This document shows, piece after piece, positions 53,826 to 64,000 of a stretch of DNA of 64,000 nucleotides. Under the pieces are notes generated by a model. It made no database searches and was not told the DNA's origin. It saw only the letters and a program-made list of their open reading frames with translations. The position numbers and the translations under genes are program-made. This stretch comes from Eledone cirrhosa (taxonomy: Eukaryota), in assembly GCA_964016885.1 (NCBI GenBank), contig OZ024747.1:19096001-19160000 (forward strand). Reading direction: 5' to 3'. The number at the start of each line of letters is the position of its first letter. Position 1 is the first letter of the stretch.

Positions 53826-54942
53826 CTAGCAGCAGTACCCAGCGTTGCCTGGGTAGGTAAAATAATATCTGCTTTGATGAAAAGGTGTTGATCTTAGCGA
53901 CTGCTTCTCGATGACTCATCTATGGCCACACACAGGCCATGCGGGCGAGGGTGGTGATGACCTCTATCACTGAGAAACGCGGGTGACTGACGAAGGGACA
54001 TGCTGGGGAAGGGATGTAATGACCTCTAACACTAAGCCAAATTTCCTCACGCTATTTGATTGGAAACCGATGAATTCTGAAATACACAACTAAAAGCTCA
54101 GACGATGTCAGTGGCCATCGTTTTGCCTTTGACCATCTATAATATGTGCAATGATAGGTTCTATCGTAGTATAAAAATTGAACCAAATAAATTGATTTAT
54201 GTGTGAGGTGGAGCCGAAGTTTCGAATTTGAACGAAATCGGTTGAAAAATGTGGGGGCTAATAATAGGTCGCTGTCCCTGAACAAAAAATGCAAAGTGTA
54301 AAGCTATTATAAGATGTGCAATGATAGGTTCTATCGTAGTATAAAAGTTGAACCAAATAAATTGATTTATGTGTGAGGTGGAGCCGAAGTTTCGAATTTG
54401 AACGAAATCGGTTGAAAAATGTGGAAGCTAGAGCCGAAAAGGCGGAAATTTGAGCGAAAAGGTGGTATTTTCGAATATTTAAGCGGCTGCCACGCCATTC
54501 CTGAAGAAAAAATCCAGAATGTAAAGCCAGTTTAAGACGTGAAATAATCAGATCTAGCGTAGTTTAAAATTTGAACAAAGTAGGTTGATTAATGTGGGAG
54601 CTAGAGCCGAAAAAGTGGAAATTTGAGTCTAAAAGTGGTATTTTTGAATATTTAAGCGGCTGCCACGCCGTTCCTGAACAACAAATGCAAAATATAAAGG
54701 CATTACAGGATGTGCAATGATATATTCTATTTTGCTATAGAATTTGAACGAAATCAGTGACAAAATGTGGGAGCTAGAGCCAAAAATCTTATTTTTCGAT
54801 ACCTAAAAAAAGGTGACCCCTCTATCGATTTTTATCTGCAGAATGACCTCGGAATAACAAAAACGATACGCTGATATATGGAAAACACTCCCCAATGACT
54901 AATCTATGAGCCTGTAAAGTTTCATGAAAATCGGTCGCAAAA
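53826..54942 (+). mobile_element. Non-autonomous Helitron/DINE-like element with internal tandem repeats
   Basis: 5' actagc..cccagcgttgcctggg hairpin; ~170-180-bp internal repeats containing aatttgaacgaaatcggttgaaaaatgtgg; aaagtttcatgaaaatcggtc. Confidence 0.7.
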
Positions 54943-55254
54943 TATGTATGAATGTATATGTGTATGTATTTACGCTTGTACGCATGTATGTATGCATATA
55001 TTCCTGTGTATATATACATATGTATATATATATGTATATATGCATGTGTGTATATATGTATGTTTGTATGTATGTACGTACGTACGTACGTATGTATGAA
55101 TGTACGTACGTATGTATTTAGGTATGCATGTACGTACGTACGTATGTATGTATGTATGTATGCATGCATGCATGCATGCATGTATGTATGTATGTATGTA
55201 TGTATGTATGTATGTATGTATGTATGTATGTATGTATGTATGTATGTTTTTATA

Positions 55255-55860
55255 TCAGGTCACCAGTTGGTGCTACTGGTAACATGTATCCCAGTACAAC
55301 CTGTCTCATGGTCGGGTCGTTGGCGACTAAACTGGCAACCCCACCAAGGTTTCTTGGTGAGGAGGGTTACTTTGGACATCCTGGAGGACTAAAAACAAAA
55401 CCTGTCAAAGGGCAAAGGAGCTCTTAAGAGTTAATGGCCATCCAAAATCACCGGGAGAGATGACCCCTTAGCCTTTGTCAAGGCAGAATTCTAGGAAAAG
55501 GAAAACTCTGTCATAACACCTGCAACCCTCATGGTATCCAATGATGTTGACTTGTTCTTCTTTTTGGTAAATATCTTGGTTAAGAGAGTGGGACTGGCTT
55601 TGTGCAGTGCCTTTGCTCACTATAAAAGCTTCACGGCACAGGCATTGGTTTATATCTGGAGATCTCTCTGCACTTGTCGTCACATGGTACCATGGGCCCA
55701 GCACTATGTGTCAATAATTGTCACAAGTGTAGTGTTTGTACCAGAGTTTTCAAGTCGCTGGCTGGAATAAAAAGTCACTTGTTTAGCGCATCGGTAGGGG
55801 TTCTCTTACATGGATATAAAGTAGTGGCCGTACTCGAAAACGAGTTGGCAGCCACCACCA
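55255..55860 (+). mobile_element. ~605-bp non-autonomous retroelement, copy 2
   Basis: Colinear and highly similar to 46189-46796; embedded in (TATG)n. Confidence 0.8.
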
Positions 55861-57167
55861 TGTATGTATGTATGTATGTATGTATGTATGTATGTATGTA
55901 TGTACGTACGTACGTACGTATGCATGTATGTACGTATGTATATATGCATGTACGTACGTACGTATATATGTATGTATGTATGTATGTACGTATGTATGTA
56001 CGTACATATGTATATATGCATGTACGTACGTATGTATGTATATACCTATGTATTTATATATGTATGAATGTACGTATGTATGTATATATGTATATATGTA
56101 TATATGTATATACGTATGTATGTATGTTTGTATGTATGTTTGTACGTATGTTCATATGTACGTACGTATGAATGTATATACGTATGTACATACATACATA
56201 CAAATGTATGTACGTATCTTTATTCAATTACACATTCCATTTCGTTATTATATTCACCCTGTACTTTCCACTTTCCACTTTCCTCTTTCATGTTTCGCTA
56301 ACTTCTAATGAAATATAATGTGGTTATCATTAACTAAATTAGTTGAATTAATTTCCTACTATAGTTTGCTTAGATGCTTCGGAAACGAAACACCTATCAC
56401 AAATTATTCACACACTTGGCCTCCCCACAACGTATTTCGTTTTCGCTAAAAAAAAAAGGAAATGTCTTGTAGTTATTTTCGTTTTACCTAAACTTTTGTC
56501 TAATTATGTTGCTTCTTTAGTCTTCTAATTTATATTTTCATTTTGTTTTTGGTTGTTTTTTGTTTCATGTGTTGTTGTTTTTACTGTTGTAGTGTCTTTT
56601 GTCTATCATATCTTTTTGTTTGTTGTACCTATTGTATATTGCTTAATTCAAAATTTTAATTAGTTTATTCAATTTATATAACAATTTCTTTTCTTTTCTT
56701 TCTTTTCTTTCATTCTTTCTTTCTTTCATTCTTTCTCATTTTCTTTCTTTTCATTCATTCGTTCCTTCTTTCCTTCTGTAGCTCATTAATTTCATACCTG
56801 TTGCAGAACTTCTACTACTCTCACTCCTTGCAATGTTCTACTGCCAAGAAAACGTACGGAAAAGCTGCAAGGACATTTTTCTCTTGGTTGTTCCAGATAT
56901 TTCTCTTCTTCCTTTTTTACCAATTCTTAAGACTTTAGTAATTAGTGTATATTCTTTAATTAGCTACGCTTTTTGTATTACGACATATTTTCTTATATCA
57001 TATACATACTTATATGTATATATGTATAATGGTTACTTATATAGGCACAAGGCCAGCAATTTTTGGGGAGGGGCAAGTCGATTAAATCGACCCCAGTGCA
57101 TTACTGGTACTTTGTTTTATCAACCCCGTAAGGATGAAAGGCAAAGTGAACCTCGGCGAGATTTGAA

Positions 57168-59847
57168 CGTTGGTGTTAGGACAGTCACAGCAAACACATT
57201 GTGAGCCACTGTTTTGTTTTGCGCAGATAGTTCCGATGACCAAATCTTTCTTAATCGGGTGTAGTATTCCCTGGTTACGCGTTCCTTATTACAGATACCA
57301 TTATAGGATATATTCTCATCTATCCCCAGGTATCTGTAGCAGTCCTCATCAGATATCGGTGAAACAGTTAGGCCATTGATGACAATGTTGCTAGATTGGA
57401 TTGTTGTTTTTCCCCGCTTTACAGTCATGTATGAGCATTTATCTTGGCCATTCCTATATCCTTTGAGAACGTTGTAACCAGGTCAAGATTTTTCTTCATC
57501 CCATCCATGTTCCTGGCATAGAGTTTCAGATCGTCCACAAAGAAATTATGGTTTAGATTCGTATTTCTGTCCTCCTGTAAGCCAATGATGTATCCCCCAC
57601 ATTTCTTGAGCAGAAAGAACAAGGGGTTTAATGACAAGGTGAATAATATCACAGAGAGACTGTCTCCCTGAAATATACCCCTGTGATATTTTATTTTATC
57701 AGTGAAAATAGAGTCCTCCCTCTCTGTCTTTAACCTTAGGATAGTAGCCCAAGAAGAAGACAGCCTCTCTATGGCTCTGACAATAATGTCTGGGACTTTA
57801 GCAAGTTGGAGGGCCTCTATCATCCAAGAGTGGGGAACAGAATCGAAAGCTTTCCTGTAGTTCAGCCAAACTGTAGCCATATTCCTCCTAAGTTGTCGCA
57901 CCTCCGCCATCGCAGTTTTGTTGATTAGGAGTTGTTCAGCACACCCCCAAACCCCTTTCTTTCCATCTGTGATGATGTTATTATTTTCACAGGGATCTAG
58001 GAGGAATAGGTTCAGGCAGGATGTATACATCTTATACATCAGGTTCTGGCATGATATGGGTCGGTAGTTTTTTGCCAAGTCGGTGTCTTTGTTCTTGGGG
58101 ACCAGTAATGTTTGTGCTAATGTCAACCATTCTGGTATAAGTGTATCTCCCTTAAGAACTTGTTGGTAGAGGTCAGTTAGATACCTCCGATAGAATATCA
58201 GTTTTTTGTACCAGTAGCCGACAATCAAGTCTCTTCCTGATGTTTTCTTATCTTGGAGTTTTCCTATCACAGTCTCAAGGGTACCCTCACTTATTTCGTA
58301 TGTTTTTGTTGTAGTGTAGGAGCAATAGTTTTTTCGGATTTCTTTTAGCCACACAGCATCTTGGTTGAAATTCTTCTTTTCACCCCATATTTTGCTCCAA
58401 AAGGAATCTATGTCTTTCTGGGACGGGGCCTCAGTGACACTTATTATTTTGTTCTTCATATCTCTATAGACTGATGTTTGGTTTCGTCTGAATCTTTTAT
58501 TAAGCACTTTTCTCTCATCTACCTTCTTTAGGTATCGGCGTTTTTCGCTAACTGCTCTCAATTCTTGTTTGAGGGTGATCAGCTTATATTGAAGAGTTCT
58601 GGTTCTACTGTTACCAAACATCGTCTCTATTTTATTTTTCCCTTTTTGTTGGTGAGGGGTGAGGTTTTTTTGTGTTTGTTTGCATGTAGGGAGCATTGTT
58701 ACATATCCTATGGTTTTTCGTAGGTCAGCAATCTTTTTTACTATTTTAGTTATATATGATGGTATTTTTGGTGGTTTTTTGTTCTTGTTAATATCTCTGC
58801 TATCACCAAGATAATTCTTCACTGTCGTTGCTAAGGCATATAAACAGGCGTTGATTTGCCAAAATGTTGGGGTTTTTATCCGTCGTAAATATTCATCCCT
58901 ATTTCGGCAATAACACGTAATATTTCATTATTTGGTTTTTTATTAAATATTGTCGTTTTAATACGTTCAGCAAGAGAGATATTTATACATGAATTAATTT
59001 CTCTCTGGAAGATTTCATTGAGGGAAATTTCCAATTGTTTATACTTTTGATTATTATCATTATCGATAGTATTTTCCACAACAGTCGAGGTAGACTCGGA
59101 TGGTACACGTGGTGTCAAATTTCTTCGATTATTATTATTATTATTTCTTCGATTATTATTATTATTGATAGTGTTTTCCCCAGCATTCGAGGTAGACTTA
59201 GATGGTACAGGTGATGTCAAGTTTCTTTCAGGCATAGTTCATTCAAGGCGCTGTTCGACCTGGCTGCTAGGAAGTCTAGTAGCATGGTGACCTGTAGCAC
59301 GTGTTGTTGATCCCATGTTTGTTGTGGGGGACTTATAATTAATAATATTATCTTATTTTTAGGTTCAACAAACGTCGCTTGTTGGCGTAATTGTTTCGCT
59401 GAGAAATAATTTAGCTCTGGGTGCATTTCGTCCCAGTGTAGCTTCATTCTGTTCATGTAACCAATGGAGAGATTGTTTTTTTGCCATTTTATAACAATTA
59501 AATAAATCATCATTAAGTTCGCAACTCCAAGAGAAATGCGATTTATAATTTCGGTTTCTTCTGTAGCTACAACTGAATAAAGTTTGATTACCTTCCTTGT
59601 TGTTTGTCTTCGACACTTCCTTAATTTTGTTGTTGATGTTGTGTTCAACCATGCTATTTGTAGCAAATCCTTGTAAAATGAATTATGTATTTAGTCGGAT
59701 ATCTCTACGAATTCGAATATATAGTTAGAAGAATAACCAGTTATTAAACATGACTGTAGTTGTGGCATTACAGTCGGAGATAGTATTCATCTTAAATTTA
59801 ATAAATAGTCTCCCACGCCAAAATATGCGACTGATCGCGTTGACTGT
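57168..59847 (-). mobile_element. R4/Dong-clade element, 5' region plus RT, frameshifted, 3' part lost
   Basis: ORF 57425-58822 has NYRPISC, NYRKAFDSVPHSW, RGIFQGDSLS and FFVDDLKLY. ORF 57120-57428 has YRYLGI..KIWSSELSA. The 5' end abuts (CATA)n. Confidence 0.92.
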
Positions 59848-59884
59848 GTATGTATGTATGTATGTATGTATGTATGTATGTATG

Positions 59885-59915
<31 letters not shown>

Positions 59916-60130
59916 GAATGGGTAACAAAGGAAAAAGTGCACAGCCTTTCCTCACTTAAAAAAAAATATTCACACACAAGCATTGCACGATAGAATTAAT
60001 TAATAATTATTAATAATGGCATATCGTGCAATGGCCATACTCGATAACGAGAGGACAGCCATTATGTATGTATGTATGTATGTATGTATGTATGTATGTA
60101 TGTATGTATGTATGTATGTATGTATGTATG

Positions 60131-60326
60131 TTTTCTCTTTCTCTTAATTTCGAGTATATTTTTTTGACTGGCCACCTTCCTGGTGGCAAGGTAGTAAAAG
60201 AAAAGAAATTGTCATCCCTTGAATCGCAAGAATGTTTTGCAAATTTTGAAGGTGCCAGCTATCGCAGCCATTTGCAGACTATGAATTAGGGAGCTGCGCT
60301 TTTTGTCCGCAAATCCAAGTTCAGTC

Positions 60327-60328
<2 letters not shown>
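60131..60328 (-). mobile_element. Third short 3' copy of the R4/Dong element in (CATA)n
   Basis: Near-identical to 37995-38192. Confidence 0.92.
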
Positions 60329-60357
<29 letters not shown>

Positions 60358-61345
60358 TGTATGTATGTATGTATGTATGTATGTATGTATGTATGTATGT
60401 ATGTGTGTGTGTGTGTGTATAAAAGGATCATCATGGCATAAGCACCTTTGATTATATGACTGGGAAACTTAGGCTCACCAAGGATTCAGTAATACATACA
60501 AGGACGACAACGACGATGACTTATTCAATGAAACACGAAAAAAATGTGAAGACCCTGTATGTAGTCATTCAAAAAGTGTACTGCATAGTTTCAGTCGGCT
60601 TTAGACTCTCCAGTGAAAAAAGAAATTAAAGTTTGCTATGTTTTTTTCCCGCAATACCCCCAATGTAAAGCAAGTGAAATGAATTTAATTTCAAATTTGA
60701 TGAGCTTGGAGTAGAAGAAAATCAATACGATAATTATTTCAGAATTAGAAACAAGAGAAGCGGAAGAATCTACATCGTCAGCCACGTAAACTGTAGATTT
60801 AGTTACTGAGTTAATTTGCACCCGAACAAACAAAATTTATTACGCATGCAAAAATCTAAAACTGGTTATGAAACTGTATACAGTTCATACGAAAGTCGGC
60901 GCCGATCGATGAAACTCCGTCGGTTTCGACGATGATTGTTCCAGTCGTTCGATCGCCGGAAGAGCATGCTATGGAAATTAACGTGTAAATGACTGAGAAT
61001 TGCACAAACACGTGTATACTTAATGTATTTCTCAGGCAGGCTAGCTCTTTGAATTACAGATATAGCAGTCCATCCGACTGGCTTCCAAACAGTTTCTAGC
61101 TACCCAATTACGCTCAGAAGGCATCGGTCGACACGGGGCTATTGTAAATGACAAAGACGCCACACAGTGGAATTGAAACCGGTACCTAATGATATAAGAA
61201 GCGAAAAGATAAGTAGAAATCAGGGAATAAAATTGATGCTGATCCCCACAAATTGAGAGAATGGTACCATAGAAAAAGATTTTGAACCGAAGAAGTGGAG
61301 GTTGAAGAGAAAATTGTGACGAGTAGAGTGTGAAGAAAAGGTTGT

Positions 61346-61753
<408 letters not shown>

Positions 61754-62037
61754 CCGACGCAGACACTGGCACGTACATATGTGTATGTATATATATATAT
61801 ATATATATATACATTACATTTTCTTTTTTTAATTAGAAATGTGGCAGTGACTTCGAAGTTTCATCTGGCTACCAGATGAAGCGACGAAACTGAACCTTCG
61901 TAGTTGCTGTCACTTTCCTAATTTGAAAATACGTTTCTACACCCAACCCATCAGTATCAGTATTAAGTGCTCATTCAGTTTGTATTTGAATGTTTTAAAC
62001 ACTACGGTATCTTAAATACATATTCCAATCATATATT

Positions 62038-62643
<606 letters not shown>

Positions 62644-62671
62644 TCTATCTATCTATCTATCTATCTATCTA

Positions 62672-63132
62672 TGGTGGACGCGTCTGAAAGGACTGAGGTC
62701 AGACACCTTTCTCTCTGGCCAACAACTGGTCCGTTTCTTCCGATATCATTTCGGAAGAAGGATCAGGATGGAGAGAGAGGTGCTGCACCCCAGCCGTTTT
62801 TATGAAAGATGGGTGAAAGTGGCGAGAATGGCCCGTGTGAATGGGCCTTCACTCTACATCAGACTATAGGTGAGGAAGATGAAAGACCAAGGGAGCACCC
62901 CTTCTCTGTGCTCCTGAGGAAAAGGGTTGCACACTTTTTTCGGGGGTGTGTGCGACCCCCCAAGGCGCCTCCTCTCTATTGAGGATTTTGCTATATATTT
63001 TATTCTGTTATATTTTATTTTATTTTTATATTTTGTTATTGCCTCCTCCTTATTGAGGACGCCTTGTTTTGTAAACTCCCCCCCCATTGTACTTGTCCCA
63101 CTTTTGATGCCCTGGTGGCAAATAAAAGAAAC
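62672..63132 (+). mobile_element. 5'-truncated L1/Tx1-like element in (TATC)n, copy 2
   Basis: Colinear with copy 1, with a diverged 3'UTR, the same orientation and the same flanking repeat. Confidence 0.7.
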
Positions 63133-63152
63133 ATATCTATCTATCTATCTAC

Positions 63153-63258
<106 letters not shown>

Positions 63259-63670
63259 AAATATATATATATGTAAATATATATATAAATATATATAAGT
63301 ATATATATAAATATATATATATGTATATACGAAGGTGAGTGATGGTGGTATTGGTGGCGTGTTGCTGGAACTGGTGGCCATGGTGGTTATAACAGGGGTA
63401 GTGATGATAAATTCCTTGAAGTGTAATTGAATAGAATATCATCAGCATTAGGCAGGGAAATATGCCAAGTTGCCAAATTTAAGTGATTTTACCAGTCATA
63501 ACTTTTATTGAGAGACTCTCAATATTATTGACAATATCTCGGTGTGTGTGGGGTGGTGGGGGGTGGTGATCAGATATAGGTAACGATTGGATGGAGGTTA
63601 AGGTTGTTATGGAAATGGTAATAAGAAGATAATTGGTTTCGGTAGGGAACCATAATATTAATGTATCATT

Positions 63671-63706
<36 letters not shown>

Positions 63707-63728
63707 CACATGTATGTGTGTGTGTATG

Positions 63729-63870
<142 letters not shown>

Positions 63871-63901
63871 AGTTATTAATATATATATATATATATATAC
63901 A

Positions 63902-63967
<66 letters not shown>

Positions 63968-64000
63968 AATATATATATATATATGTATATGTATGTGTGT

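Noticed and set aside
61841-61915. Hairpin with cagatgaagcgacgaaac
   Set aside because: Core is imperfect and stem II cannot form; not called as a ribozyme.

Overview
AT-rich, microsatellite-laden eukaryotic genomic DNA. The SINE, RTE and microsatellite content resembles a coleoid cephalopod such as Octopus (inference). Two host genes are visible on the minus strand: coding exon 1 of a sorting nexin 3/12 gene (11174-11329) and a complete 3-exon ABT1/ESF2 gene (24582-28385, 251 aa). The rest is mobile-element debris. Retroelements include RTE LINEs (one with a PHD-type finger inside the RT), bipartite non-autonomous RTEs, many tRNA-derived SINEs, CRE-clade remnants and a CR1/L2-group fossil. 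DNA elements include mariner, Merlin (with TIRs and TSD), hAT and piggyBac MITEs, and a Helitron-like element. From about 31 kb onward, different retroelement families sit in different microsatellites: R4/Dong-like copies in (CATA)n, Tx1-like copies in (TATC)n, and Penelope-like fragments in (TA)n. The Penelope-like fragments carry about eight minimal type I hammerhead ribozyme motifs from about six sequence families, often in fold-back arrangement. All calls were made by eye and no database searches were run. Most ORFs in the supplied track are microsatellite artefacts.
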